From Eledone cirrhosa (Eukaryota): a stretch of 64,000 nt of DNA. The stretch spans positions 317,874,001-317,938,000 of the forward strand of contig OZ024741.1 in the NCBI GenBank assembly GCA_964016885.1. Reading direction: 5' to 3'. The notes beneath the pieces are model-generated. The model was not told the origin of the DNA. It did not search any database and worked only from the letters and a program-made list of their open reading frames with translations. Shown piece after piece: positions 1-13,499 of this stretch. A program made the translations under genes and the position numbers. Positions within the stretch are counted from its first letter, which is position 1, and the number at the start of each line of letters is the position of its first letter.

Positions 1-245
1 CTTTGTCATGAGCCCAAAGGCTCACCTGGCCAGTGATTATCCTGGTTTCTGTGGTATTAAAGCAAATGAAAATACAAAACACCGTCCTGGACAGGATGCC
101 AGTCCATTGCAGTGTTAAACTCTGGTACTTGTTTTCAGCTGAGTATACTGGAACAAGGTGTAATGAAGTATTTTGCTCAAGTACACAAAAAACAACCCAG
201 TCTGTGAATCGAATCCACAACATTATGATTGTAAGTCGAACATGC
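1..245 (-). mobile_element. Degraded tRNA-derived CORE-type SINE fragment
   Basis: Reverse complement of a CORE-like block (cagctgagtatactggaacaa...ttttgctcaagtacacaa) and a B-box remnant (gaatcgaatcc); similar to the SINEs at 2203-2533 and 47040-47375. Confidence 0.5.
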
Positions 246-329
246 AGTTATATCTATATACTGTATATATATATACAGTATATATATATATACGGTATAT
301 ATATATATATATAGTGGTGGAACACTGGC

Positions 330-748
330 AGGTAATATCCGGAGTCCAAGCCATACGCAAGGGGAAATCCGACATGTGGCTTATGTTTTGACGAACGAAT
401 AACTATTCTAAAGAGATTACGCAATAGTGATTGCTTAAACACGAGAAATGAATTTTTCACACGTCCACACGTCACCAAACACCTATTACATAACTACAAG
501 GCTCCGGACTGATTCTTTGTAAATTTATTTTCAACCTAAAAACTTTTCGGACCTTCGCAGTTATCTCCCTTACACCTCTCTCACGCAGTCTAGTATTGCC
601 TGTGCGAAGTGACCGGGATTCTGCACATGCGCGTTCGTACGGTTTTCTTTCCTGTTCCTATAACCATGCCCATTCCGAGCTGAGGATCCGCTAAGGTGAA
701 ACAATTGTTCTCGGTATGGTGAAGTAACTGTTGTGTAACCACTTCTAT
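330..748 (+). mobile_element. Penelope-like retroelement 3' end (GIY-YIG endonuclease C-terminus + 3'UTR)
   Basis: Translates ESKPYARGNPTCGLCFDERITIL...CLNTRNEFF..PHVTKHLLHNYKAPD*, nearly colinear with the 48914-49117 ORF; C-x-L-C-x2-E and LN-x-R-x-E motifs of PLE endonucleases; ends in (TA)n. Confidence 0.8.
675..714 (+). ncRNA. Minimal type I hammerhead ribozyme
   Basis: CCGAG-CTGAGGA-TCCGCTAAGGT-GAAAC-AATT-GTT-CTCGG: stem I CCGAG/CTCGG, intact core, palindromic stem III loop, GUU cleavage triplet. Confidence 0.8.
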
Positions 749-900
749 ATATATATATTATATATTATATATATTATATATATATTATATATTTATATTA
801 TATATATATATATATATATATTATGTATATATATATATATATTATATTTATTATATATATATATTATATATTTATATTATATATATATATTATATGTATA
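748..900. repeat. (TA)n-rich microsatellite; similar tracts at 1776-1930, 5932-6042, 9553-9821, 32513-32600, 39860-39915, 44570-44910 and elsewhere
   Basis: Direct reading. Confidence 0.95.
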
Positions 901-1365
901 TACTTACACCTCTCCAAGACAATGTCACTGGACCGAGATCTTTGGCACTACGCAGTAATACCGAAGACCCGCCTTGCCTAAGTACAAAGCGAAACCTACA
1001 GTCAATAGGCACCTCCTAACCAAAAATACACCCCCACCCACTACCCTTACCTCCACCCCCATCTACACCTAAAGTTATGTTGGTGCCACAATATCCAGTC
1101 CTAAATAAAGGAGGTCGTGTAGGTGTCACGACAAAAAAAACAACAACACAGTTCACGCTGTAATGTGGCCGTGTAGGTAACACGGTAAAAACCTCCCAGT
1201 CCACACTGTAAATGTGGTTGGTGTTAGGAAGGGCATCCAGCCGTAGAAAACCCGCCAGACAGTCCTATACGAGCAAGACAACCAATCTTGCCTCACGTGG
1301 GACAATTCCCGTCTAAACCCATTCTAGAGTGGAAGATAGACGTAAAACGACGATGATGATGATGA
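901..1365 (+). mobile_element. 5'-truncated RTE LINE (subfamily B) 3' end with long 3'UTR and (GAT)n tail
   Basis: Near-identical to 11680-12130; ORF end KTRLA*; tail gacgtaaaacgacgatgatgat. Confidence 0.85.
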
Positions 1366-1408
1366 TATATATATTTATATTATTTATATTATATATATTG
1401 TATATATT

Positions 1409-1775
1409 ATCATCATCATCATCATCGTTTAACGTCTATCTTCCACGCTAATATGGGTTAGACGGGAGTTGTCCCAATTTGAGGCAAGATTGGTCGGGTG
1501 ACCGTGTCTCGCTCGTATAGGACTGTCTGGCAGGTTTTCAATGGCTGGATGCCCTTCCTAACACCAACCACATTTACAGTGTGGACTGGGAACTTTTTAC
1601 CGTGTTACCTACATGACCACATTACAGCGTGGACTGTGTTTTTTGTCGTGACACCTACACGATCTCGATCTCATTATCTCATTAATTTGGACTGGATGTT
1701 GTGGTACCAACTTTACAGAGAAAGGGTGGTGTTGGTGGGAGTGGGGGGATGGAGTAGGGGTTGTGGGTTGGGGTG
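1409..1775 (-). mobile_element. RTE-B 3'UTR fragment, tail-to-tail with the previous copy
   Basis: Reverse complement of the same 3'UTR and tail. Confidence 0.8.
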
Positions 1776-1814
<39 letters not shown>

Positions 1815-1857
1815 TATATATATATATATAATATATTGTATATTATATATATATATA

Positions 1858-1903
<46 letters not shown>

Positions 1904-1929
1904 ATATAATATATATATATATATATATA

Positions 1930-2178
1930 CATCCAGTCCGAAATAAATGAGGTGGTGTAGGTGTCACGACAAAAAAACACAGTCCACGCTGTAATGTGGT
2001 CGTTTAGGTAACATGGTAAAAACCTCCCAGTCCATACTGTAAACGTGGTTGGTGTTAGGAAGGGCATCCAGCCGTAGAAAACCCTATACGAGAAAGACAA
2101 CCAATCTTGCCTCAAGTGGGAAAATTCCCGTCCAAACCCATGCAAGCGTGGAAGATGGACGTTAAACGATGATGATGA
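1930..2178 (+). mobile_element. RTE-B 3'UTR fragment
   Basis: Same modules (gtaggtgtcacgacaaaa...gttaggaagggcatccagcc...gacgttaaacgatgatg). Confidence 0.8.
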
Positions 2179-2202
2179 TATATATATTATATATTATATA
2201 TA

Positions 2203-2533
2203 TATCATCATCATCATCATTTTATGTCCGCTTTTCCCTGCTTGCAAGGGTGGGACGGGAACTGATTCTGACTTCATTTCTACAGCTGGATGCCCTTTCT
2301 AACACCAACCTCGTTTACTGTGAGTGGGTGCTTTTTTGCCGTGGCGCCTCCACGAGCACCTTGCAGTGGAATGATATGGACCCCAGTCCCTATCATCTCA
2401 TTTCTACAGCTGAGTAAACTGGAGCAATGTGAAATAAAGTGTCTTGCTGAAGGAAACAACACATCACCCGGTCTGAGAATTGAACTCACAACCTCTCGAT
2501 TGCAAGGCTCTAACCACTAAGCCATGTGGCTCC
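2203..2533 (-). mobile_element. Full-length tRNA/CORE SINE with RTE-derived body and tail
   Basis: A box (TGGCTTAGTGG), B box (GAGTTCAATTCTC), CORE-like block, RTE module and tail; same family as 47040-47375. Confidence 0.85.
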
Positions 2534-2562
2534 ATGTCATATATATATATATATATATATAT

Positions 2563-5500
2563 ATCATCATCATCATCATCATCACCATTTTACGTCCACT
2601 TTTTCCTGCTTGCAAAGGTGGGACGGGTCTTATTCAGCACAGCATCTCTCCACTTGTCACGATCGTTCTTCATCTCCACCGTGAGCTTCAGCGATCTGAG
2701 GTCTGTCCTCACCACCTCCGCCCATGTTTTTCGTGGTCTACCTCTACCACGTCTTCTTTCAACTGGCATTTCCTGGCACTTCTTCACCCATTGGTCATCC
2801 TCCATGCGCATCACATGTCCATACCACCTCAGTCTCCTCTCTCGCACACTACATTCTATCCCTCTCAGACACAGTTTCTCTCTCAACACATTCATGCTGG
2901 GTCGATCATGCACATTGACACTGCACATCTAACGGAGCATGTTTGCCTCATTTCTCTCCAGCTGTCGCATATCCTCTGCAGTTGCTGCCCATGTCTCACT
3001 ACCATGCAGCATCGCGCTCCTCACACAGGCATCATATAACCGGCCCTTTGTACGCAGGGAGAAACCCTTCTTCGTCAGCAAAGGAAGTAGCTATCTAAAC
3101 TTATTCTAGATACTATGGTCTTGGAACACTCCCCCTCCCATGCTAATCTGATCTCCTAGGTACCGGAAGCTATCCACCACTTCTATAGCACCTGCCTGCA
3201 TTTGAAAAATGTGTCTATCAATGCGACTTCTACTGTCTAATTTCCCTGTACATCTACTGCATACATATTTCTCCCTACCTGTTAGTTTGCCTGCTATCCT
3301 GCTACATCTCTTGTGTACCCAGGATCTGCATTGTGTGCATTTTATAGAATTTATGCCAGTTCCTTTTCTGCATATCGAACATGGCCATTTTCCTGACGGA
3401 ATCAGAGTTTTGTTCTCTTTTCTACTCATCAACACTTTTGTCTTAGCTAGGTTCACTCTCAGTCCTCTTGCTTCCAACTGCTGTTTCCATAGCCAGAATT
3501 TATTCTCTAGCTCCTCTACTGATTCTGCTATAAACCAGATCGTCCGCATAGAGAAGTTCCCATGGACAGCCAGACTTAAACTCCTCTGTTATGGCTTGGA
3601 GGACTATAATGAACAAGAGCGGGCTGAGGACCGAACCTTGATGTACTCCTACTTGTACCTGGAATTCCTCACTAAACTCCATTCCTACTCTGACTTTACT
3701 GACAGTACCTCTGTACAAAGTTTGCACTGTCCTCAACACCTAGTTTCCTTAGGGACCACCAGATGACAGATCGGGGTACCTTATCAAAGGCCTTCTCTAG
3801 CTCAACAAAGGCTAAGTATAGTGGCATATTTTTCTCTAAGAACCTCTCTTGTAATTGTCTCACCAAGAAGAGGGCATCTGTTATACTCTTCACAGGCACT
3901 AAACCAAACTGCATCTCATCTAGTTTGACCCTTTCTCTAATTAGTTGTGCTAATATCCTTTCTGCCACTTTCATAACCTGATCCATCAGTTTTATACCCC
4001 TATAATTGCTCCTCTCCAGAGCATCCCCTTTACCTTTGTAGCAATTTATGGGAATACTGCTGCACCAGTCTTTGGGTAAAACACCACCATATATAGCTTG
4101 ATTGATGATGCGTACAACCTGTTTAGTGCCTACGTCCCCTGATGCCTTCAGCATCTCAGCAACTATCCCCGACGGTCCAGCAGCCTTACCATTTTTCATT
4201 TCCTTAATCGCGTCTTGGATCCTATATTCGTCAATCTCAATAGCTGGTCCCTCTGTTGGATCTACTGAGGGTAATTTCTCTCTCTCCCATTCGTTCTCCA
4301 CATTCATCAGTCTTTCATAATGACATTTCCAGGGCTCCTTTTTCTGATCATTTGTGGCACTAAGTACACCGGCATCATTCCGGACACATTTATCTCCAAC
4401 AACATCCTGATTTGCATTGACACACTGCCTTGCAATGTGGAACACTGCACGCCTCTGATCTTCCCGTCGCAGAACATTGGCAAACCTCCTACTCTCAGCC
4501 TCCCTGCGTGCTAAGTACACCTGACGTCTAGCTTCTCTCTTAGCAGCTGTATATCCTTCCCTACTCCAACCCTTTTTCCAAGCCTTCCATGCTAGTCTTT
4601 TGTCTCTAATGGTCTTATCTACTGTGCTGTTCCACCACCAGGTAACTCTCTGTCTGGTTGGAGCTCTGCTCCAGCCACAAGTTTCATCAGTAGCCTGCAG
4701 TAAGTTATCACGTAAGAAATTCCAGTTATTATCTGTCATACGTCTCTAAATCGTCTTCTTTTTCGTCATACACATCTTGAAGGGCTTTCCTAAATTTGTA
4801 TTTTAGTGAAAGGTCTTTTAGCTTCCAGACCTTTCTTCTCCACACTTTCCTGTATGTCTCATTCCATCTCTTGCTTACTGAGATATCACTAACGACTAAC
4901 CTATGCTGTGGGGTACATTCTTCCCCAGGGTATGCCTTGGTATTTGACACTATTTGCCTGTCCCGCTGCCTAACTAGTAAGAAGTCAATCGGGCTTATGT
5001 GCTCGCCAGATTTGTAGGTTATTAGGTGGTTGGCAGGTTTCTGGAAGTTAGTGTTGCAAATAGTCAGTTTACTTGCATCACAAAATTCAAGAAGTTTCAC
5101 TCCTTCATTTCTTGAGCCGTAACCGTACCCACCATGTACCCCAGTGTAACCATCCTGGAGCTGACCAACATGACCCTTGAAGTCCCCTGCTAGCATAACG
5201 ATGTCTCTGTCCTCTGTCATTGCAGTTGTTTGTAAAAGTTGCTCGTAAAAGCAGTCTTTCTCTTCTTTGCCTAGGCTTGCTTGTGGAGCACAGGCAGAGA
5301 TGATTGTCAGTAGTCTCCTGCCTACAACTAATCTAAGCTTAATTATTCGATCACTAACTCAAACTACCTCTATTGTCTTATTGATCCATCTCTCAGCCAG
5401 GAAAATGCCTACTCCCCCTAACCCATCATCCTTACCTACCCAGAAAAGCTTATAGCTAAGATGTTTGCCTACGACTAGTTTCGCAGAGGCACCTCTTGCA

Positions 5501-5860
5501 CGCAGCACACATCCACATGCCTTCTCTCCAGCATCTCCGCTATTTCAGCAGATCTACCTCTGAAAGTGTCAACATTAAGTGTTGCAACTCTGAGATGCGA
5601 CGTCTTCATATTTTGTTGTTCCTATCTTACTTGTTGCTGTGCTGATAAATCGTTTTGGCATTGATACACTGGTTGGATGCCCTTCCTAACACCAGCGCCA
5701 CTTTACAGCATGGACTGGGTGCTTTTATTTGTGCCACCAGCACTAGAGAGGATGTCTTACTAGACTCAAGGACCCTCTCTACCCCTCCATTTTACAGCAT
5801 GGTCATTAGAAGAAGAAGAAAAAACCCACTTATTGACACTCACGGCACACACACACACTC
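2563..5860 (-). mobile_element. Near full-length, frameshifted RTE-clade LINE (subfamily A): 5'UTR, APE endonuclease, RT with PHD insert, short tail
   Basis: ATG at 5609 gives MKTSHLRVATLNVDTFRGRSAEIAEMLERRHVDVCCVQE (APE N-terminus); GDF.GHVG and IDFLL APE motifs; RT motifs NYRGIKL, QFG, EKAFDKV, GVHQGSVLSP, YADD, FRYLG; C-terminal RRLRWYGHV..RGRGRPRKTW; several frameshifts. Confidence 0.93.
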
Positions 5861-5930
5861 ACTCACACACCAACACTCATGGATACAAACTACAAACACA
5901 CACGTCACTCACACACACACAAACACACAC

Positions 5931-6043
<113 letters not shown>

Positions 6044-6256
6044 CTACCGTCAGTACTGATATAAAATCAAAATCATGTCAACTGTTGACTTTTCCAGTCC
6101 AGTTCAGTTTTTATATAACAATAATAATAATTGTTTGCTTTACAGCAAAGAGCAACGGCTCTCCACTCTCCGAGCCCCCAAAACAAGGCACCAGCAATGC
6201 CCCGTGCCAAGAACAGAATAGTTATTTAGTATTATTATTATTATAGTTGTTTATAG

Positions 6257-6452
6257 AAGGGCGGTGGATTGGCAGTATCGGTAGAGGGTCAGACACCATG
6301 CTTTCCAGCATAGTTACGTCCCTTTACGATCTGAGTTCAAATCCCGCCGAGGTTGACTTTGCCTTTCATCCCTTACGGGGTCGATAAAATAAAGTACCAG
6401 TAATGCACTGGGTTATTGCTGGCCTTGTGCCTAAAGTAGAAACAATTATTAT
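6257..6452 (+). mobile_element. Full-length tRNA-derived Nin-domain SINE
   Basis: A/B boxes, gactttgcctttcatcc..ggggtcgataaaataaagtaccag, (ATT)n tail, flanking repeat ttattatagttgttt. Confidence 0.85.
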
Positions 6453-6477
6453 TATAGTTGTTTTTAAGGCCTGATCG

Positions 6478-7083
6478 CTGGTGATGGTGGTGATGGTGGA
6501 TGGTGTCAGCGACGGTGATGGTGGTGGTGGTGGATGATGTCGGTGATGGTGGTGTTGGTGGTGAATGTAGGTGGTGATTGTGGTGAATAGTGTCAGTGAT
6601 GGTGAAGGTGGTGGTGGAGGATAGTGCCAGTGATGGTGGTGGATGATGTCAGTGATAGTGGTGGTGGTGGTGGATGGTGCCAGTGATGGTGGTGGTGGTA
6701 GTGGTGGTGAAGATGGTGGATAGTGTCAGTGATGGTGATGGTGGTGGTGGTGGTGGATGGTGACAGTGGTGGTAGTGAAGGTGGGGTATGGTGTCAGTGA
6801 TGGTGGTGGTGGATGGTGACAGTGATGGTGGCGGTGGTGGATGATGTCGGTATGGTGATGGTGGTGGTGGTGGATGGTGTTAGTTATGGTGGTGGCAGTT
6901 GTTGTTGTCGTTGCTGTTGTTGTTGTTGTTGTTGCTGCTGCTACTGCCGTTGTTGTTGTTCATTTCACTGATGCTGCTGCTGCAGACAATGGTGCTGTTG
7001 CTGTTGTTGTAGTCGGTGGGTTGAAATTTTGTGTTGTTGTAGTTGCTGTTGTTGTAGTTGCTGTTGTTGTTGTACTTGTTGCT
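6478..7083. repeat. Degenerate (GGT/GAT)n then (GTT/GCT)n simple repeat
   Basis: Direct reading. Confidence 0.9.
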
Positions 7084-7108
7084 GAGATATATATATACAT
7101 ACATATAT

Positions 7109-7175
<67 letters not shown>

Positions 7176-7386
7176 CATACATCAAAGGAGTTAGCAGTTT
7201 GTCAACAGGTCAGCCACCTTAGATAGGGTAATGAGTTATGCAGTGGTGGTGGTGAGCAAGTGTAGACGTTATTGTGGTGGTGGGGGACAGTGAGATGTAC
7301 AAGTTCATAGTTCACTTGTCCCTTTTTTTCCTCCAGGTGGACCATAACGCACCAGAGTACTCAATACTTAGGGTAGTAGTGTGGGT

Positions 7387-7475
7387 TATAGGAAAATGTT
7401 TAATCCCGACGGTAGAGCTGAAATAGCCGTCGAAACGGCTTGAGCTCTGCCGTCGGGGTTAAACATTTTCCTATA
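7387..7475. repeat. Inverted repeat with ~33-bp arms and a nested hairpin
   Basis: tataggaaaatgtttaatcccgacggtagagct ... agctctgccgtcggggttaaacattttcctata; inner agccgt-cgaa-acggct. Confidence 0.85.
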
Positions 7476-7497
7476 TATATATATATACATATATATA

Positions 7498-9553
7498 TTC
7501 ATCATCATCATCATCATCATCATCGTTTAACATGTATCTTTATCTTCCACGCTAGCATGGATTTAGACGGGAATTGTCCCACGTGAGGCAGGATTGGTTG
7601 TCTTGCTCATATAGGATTGTCTGGTGGGTTTTCTACGGTTAGATGCCCTTCCTAATACCAACCACGTTTACAGTGTGGACTGGGAGGTTTTTACCGTGTT
7701 ACCTACACGGCCACATTACAGCGTGGACTGTGTGTTTTTTTGTCGTGACACCTACGCGACCTCATTTATTTAGGACTGGATGTTGTGGCACCAACATAAC
7801 TTTACAGAGAAAGGGGTGGGGTAGGGGTAGTGGGATGGGGGTGTATTTTTGGTTAGGAGGTGCCTACTGACTGTAGGTTTCACTTTGAACTTAGGCAAGG
7901 CGGGTCTTCTGTATTACTGCATAGCGCCAAAGATCTCGGTCCAGTGACATTGTCTTGGAGAGGTGTAAGTGTATAAGGTTGGAATTTATCAAATCGTCCC
8001 AGGTTTTTCTGGGTCTGCCTACTCCGTAGCTTCCATCTATTTTGATCGCCCTGCACTTTTTTATACAGCTGTCGTCTTTCATGCGCATCACGTGACCATA
8101 CCAACGTAGTCTTCTCTCGAGTAAACAGCATCTGATCCCTCTTATTCCTAATTTCTCACTTAGTTCATTTATGCTTTGCCGTTCACATATATTACTATTG
8201 CACATTCAACGGAGCATGCAAGCTTCGTTCCTCTCCAGTCTGCGCAGATCCTCTGCACACAATGCCCTTGTCTCACTGCCATGTAACATTGCTGTTCGTG
8301 TGCAGGCATCATACAGCCTGCCTTTCATTTTTGGAGAGAAACCTTTCGTGGCCAATAGTGGTATAAGCTCTCTGAACTTTTTCCATCCCGTTCTGACTCT
8401 AGCTACTGAACTTTCAGAGCACCCTCCACCACTGCTGATTTTGTCACCCAGGTGACGGATGGTGTCCACTATTTCTATAGAACCATCTGGGCAATGGAAG
8501 GAGCTAGTATCCTGTGGGCACTTGCTACTACTTATTGCACCCGAGCACTGGCTACATATAAAATCTATGTTCTTAGTTAGCTTACCTGTGATCCCACTAC
8601 ATCTTTTATGCACCCATACTTTGCATTCGGGACATAAAATGGAGTTTCTGCCTACTCCTTTCCTACACACTGAGCATGGCCATTTCCCAGAGGGGATCAG
8701 TGCCCTATTTTCCTTCCTACATACTAGAACTTTAGTCTTAGACAAGTTAATTTTAAGGCCTTTTGAATCTAGGCCATGCTTCCAAGTTTGGAATTTCTTC
8801 TCTAGTTCAGTCATTGATTCAGCTATGAGAGTTAGATCATCTGCGTATAGAAGTTCCCATGGGCAGTCGGTCTTGAACTCCTCTGTTATAGCCTGAAGGG
8901 CAATAATAAATAGGAGGGGGCTAAGGACAGAGCCCTGATGAACACCAACTGTTACACTAAATTCTTCACTATATTCGTTGTTAATTCTAACCTTGCTGGC
9001 TGTTTCTTTATACATGGCTTGTATAGCTCTCACAAGCCATTCATCAACACCTAGTTTTTTAAGAGCCCACCAGATAATGGAATGGGGGGACTCTGTCAAA
9101 GGCTTTCTCCAAGTCAACAAAAGCTAAGTATAGGGGTTTACTTTTAGCTAGGTACTTCTCCTGTAGTTGTCGTACAATGAAAAGAGCGTCTGTGGTACTT
9201 TTACCTGACACAAACCCAAACTGCATTTCATCTAGATCAATTCCCTTTCTGATTAGTTGCGCAATTACTTTTTCTGTGACCTTCATGACCTGGTCAATTA
9301 ATATAATGCCTCTATAGTTTCCCCTATCTAGGGCATCTTCTTTACCCTTGTAGCAGTTAATGATGATGCTGCTGCGCCAGTCATTTGGTATGACCCCATT
9401 CTGTATGGCTTGGTTTACTATCCGGGAGACCATAGTGTGTCCTACCGATCCAGATGCTTTCAGCATTTCAGCAACTATCTCCGAAGACCCAGTTGCTTTG
9501 CCTGTCTTCATATCTTTGATTGCCTTACTTATTATACTACCTTCAACTTGCAA
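7498..9553 (-). mobile_element. 5'-truncated RTE LINE subfamily B (RT + PHD + long 3'UTR), frameshifted
   Basis: ORFs 9059-9553, 8206-9120 and 7891-8205 carry RT motifs; (GAT)n tail at ~7500; 5' end abuts (TA)n. Confidence 0.92.
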
Positions 9554-9821
9554 TATATTATATATATATTTTATATATATTTTATATATATATATATATA
9601 TAATATATTATATATATTTATATATAAAATATTATGTATATATATATAATATATAATATATTATATATATATATATATAATATATTATATATATATATAT
9701 AATATATTATATATATATATAATATATAATATATTATATATATATTATTTATATATAATAATATATTATATATATATATATTATATATTATATATATATA
9801 TAATATATTACATATATATAT

Positions 9822-10830
9822 AGGAAAAGTACCTAGCTAAAAGTAAGCCACTCTACTTGGCATTTGTCGACCTTGAGAAAGCCTTTGACAGAGTTCCACG
9901 TGCTGTAATCTGGTGGGCTCTTAGAAAACTAGGAGTAGATGAATGGCTTGTGAAAGCAGTACAAGCCATGTATAGGGGAGCAGTCAGCAAAGTTAGGATT
10001 AGCAATGAGTATAGCGAGGAATTTAGCGTACAGGTTGGGGTCCACCAGGGCTCTGTTCTAAACCCCCTCCTGTTCATCATAGTCTTGCAGGCAATAACGG
10101 AGGAGTTTAAGACCGGATGCCCATGGGAACTCCTGTATGCAGATGACCTCGCACTCGTATCTGAATCTATGGTAGAGAATAAATTCCAAACTTGGAAGCA
10201 GGGACTAGAAAGAAAGGGTCTCAAAGTCAACATGACAAAGGCTAAGGTCCTTGTAAGTAGACGAGAAAACAGAACCCAGATCCCCTCAGGGAAATGGCCT
10301 TGCTCAGTATGTATGAAAGGTGTAGGTAGGAACTCCATTCTCTGCCCCAAATGCAAACAATGGGTACACAAGAGATGTAGCGGGATCTCAGGAAGCTTAA
10401 TTAAGAATGTAGGCTTCACATGCAGCAGCTGTGCTGGGACAGCAAGCAGCAAACATCCACAGGCAACAAGAACCACCAATCGTCACGCAGTAATACAGAG
10501 TACCTGACCTCCCATGGGTACAAGCTGAAGCATATAGACAATATGCCCCCACACCCCCCACCGCAATGTGGTCGTGGAGGTGCCACGGCAAAAAAGCACC
10601 CAGCCCACACTGTAAAGTGGACGTGTAGGCGCCACGAAAAAGCACCCAGCACTCACTGTAAATAAGGTTGGTGTTAGGAAGGGCATCCAGCTGTAGAAAT
10701 CAAGCCAAATCAGTTCCTGTATGAGCAAGGCATGGTCAGCCGACCAGACACTGCCCACAACAGGACAACCCGTCTAACCCATGCTAGCGTGGAAGAACGG
10801 ACATAAAACGGTGATGATGATGATGATGAT
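9822..10830 (+). mobile_element. 5'-truncated, internally deleted RTE LINE subfamily C
   Basis: ORF 9857-10507 with DLEKAFD, QGSVL.P, YADD and PHD; jumps at ~10480 to the ORF end/3'UTR; (GAT)n tail. Confidence 0.9.
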
Positions 10831-10852
10831 ATATATATATATATATATATAT

Positions 10853-12132
10853 AAATTCCAAACATGGAAACATGGCCTAGAATCAAAAGGCCTTAAAGTT
10901 AACTTGTCTAAGTCTAAAGTTCTAGTTTGTAGGAAGGAAAATAGGGCACCGGTCCCATCTGGGAAATGGCCATGCTCAGTGTGTAGGAAAGGAGTAGGCA
11001 GAAACTCCATTTTATGTCCCAAATGCAAAGTATGGGTGCATAAAAGATGTAGTGGGATCACAGGTAAGCTAACTAAGAACATAGATTTTATATGTGGCCG
11101 GTGCTCTGGTACAATAAGTAGCAGCAAGTGCCCACAGGATACTAGCTCATTCCATTGCACAGATGGTTCTATAGAAATAGTGGACACCTTCCGTCACCTG
11201 GGCGACAAAATCAGCAGTGGGGGAGGGTACTCTGAAAGTACAGTAGCTAGAGACAGAACGGGATGGAAAAAGTTCAGAGAGCTTATACCACTATTGGCCG
11301 CTAAAGGGTTCTCTCTAAAAATGAAAGGCAGGTTGTATGATGCCTGAATACGAACAGCAATGTTACATGGCAGTGAGACCTGGGCATTGTGTGCAGAGGA
11401 TATACGCAGACTGGAGAGAAACGAAGTTTGCATGCTCCGCTGGATGTGTAATAGTAATATACGTGAACGGCAAAGCATAAACGAACTAAGGGAGAATTTA
11501 GGAATAAGAGGGATCAGATGTTGTTTACTCGAGAGAAGACTACATTGGTACGGTCACGTGATGCGCATGAAAGACGACAGCTGTATAAAAAAAGTGCAGG
11601 GCAATAAAAATAGACGGTAGCCACGGAGTAGGCAGACCCAGAAAAACCTGGGACGACTTGATAAATTCCGACCTTACACACTTACACCTCTCCAAGACAA
11701 TGTCACTGGACCGAGATCTTTGGCGCTACACAGTCATACAGAAGACCCGCCTTGCCTAAGTACAAAGCGAAACCTACAGTCAGTAGGCATTTCTAACAAA
11801 ATAACCCCCGTCCCACTACCCCCACCCCCTAAAATGTGAAATTATGTTGATACCACAACATCCAGTCCTAAACAAATGAGGTCGTGTAGGTGTCACGACA
11901 AAAAAAACAACAACACAGTCCACGCTGTAATGTGGCCGTGTAGGTAACACGGTAAAAACCTCCCAGTCCACACTGTAAACGTGGTTGGTGTTAGGAAGGG
12001 CATCCAGCTGTAGAAAACCAGCCAGACAGTCCTGAGCAAGACAACCAATCTTGCCTCAAGTGGGACAATTCCCGTCCAGACCCATGCTAGCGTGGAAAAT
12101 GGACGTTAAACGATGATGATGATGATGATGAT
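10853..12132 (+). mobile_element. 5'-truncated RTE LINE subfamily B
   Basis: Close copy of the 7500-8800 reverse complement; premature TGA at ~11345; tail at 12110-12132. Confidence 0.92.
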
Positions 12133-12854
12133 ATATATATATATATAAGTATTGAAGTTTCCGTTGAAAATTGAAAAAGTCATAGGAGTGAAGAATGCTC
12201 TATGTAAGTTACAGAGCTAAATTTAATGTATAATAAACAATACAATATAATTACCTCATTACCAGAGGTTTCCCGAATAAGACGAATACAAGAAACGTCC
12301 GGATTCGTTTGTTAGACAAATATAAATATATATATATATATACACACACACAAATACAAATAAGCTCATCAATTGCTCTAACCCATAAACAAATCATTCA
12401 GAAAATACCTTTAAACTAACACTGACCTGACCAGCGACATGTATGTAAGTGTATATGTGTATGTATGTTTGTATACATATATACGTGTATGAATATTTGT
12501 ATACATATGTATATGTGTCTATAGGTGTATGTATAAGCAAGTCTCAGCTTTTCTTTCAAACGTTATATTGAAAACATGTCTGTACTCCAGTTTGATTATT
12601 TTTATTAAGGATTTTTCCCATTTCCTAGTTTGTTCTTTAAGATTGGTTTGGAACAGTAGCATTCTTAAATCAATATATTTATTAAAACTTTGAGACTTTT
12701 ACAGCTCCATCTTCAGAATCACAATGATTAACACTACTGTATATGCAAATATATACATACATACACACCCACTTATATATGATTTGATCCTACAACTCCA
12801 CTTCCATTTTCCTATGAACTACATTTCTTTTGACTGACTAATTTTTATGACAAA

Positions 12855-12970
12855 AACGATGAATGTTTCAACATATCAGATGTTAGTGCTTCATCAGGAA
12901 AGATGACGTTGGAAGGTTGAAGGGGGAAAAGAGGTTTATTAGGATGGGTGAGGTGGGTAGGCAAGTAGTC
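12855..12970 (-). mobile_element. Degenerate PLE-type 3' end with hammerhead remnant
   Basis: Minus strand CTGATGA-AGCA...TGTT-GAAAC-ATT. Confidence 0.4.
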
Positions 12971-13499
12971 CAGTGGGTGGGTGGTGGGTACCAAAGTGGA
13001 GCATCCAGGTCTTTTGTTGGTACTATTATATGTATGAAAATGGAGTGCATTTGGTAAGTGTGTGTTTTGTTTTTTATTTTTTGTTTGTGTGTATGTGCGG
13101 TATGTGTGTTGGAGTGGTGCATAGTTTGTTTGTGAAGCATGTGAATATTTGGGTGTATTATCAGTATGTGTCTATGTGTGTATGGTTCTGTCTATGTGTG
13201 TTTTGGGATGCTTGGTAGCATGTGTGTATGTCTGTTTGGTTGTGTGTGTGTGTAGTTTAGTCTTAGTAGCATGTATGTGTGAGTGTATGTTGTTTGCATT
13301 TATGTACACCAGTGGGTGTTATCAGTGTGTGCATGTTTTGAGTGAGTTTGTGTGGATGGTAAGCAATATATTTTAAACATCGACTCAACTAGTGTCAAAT
13401 AAATATATACATATATATTAGGCCTGAACATATTCCCATTGTCAAATTCCCATTGTCACTGCCTCCATCTCTCTTTCTCTCCCCATCTCTCACTATTAT

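Noticed and set aside
731-958. YI-rich, poly-V, poly-S and poly-L ORFs (also 5655-6246, 6874-7194, 38858-39650, 44505-45038, 54369-55775)
   Set aside because: Translations of microsatellites.
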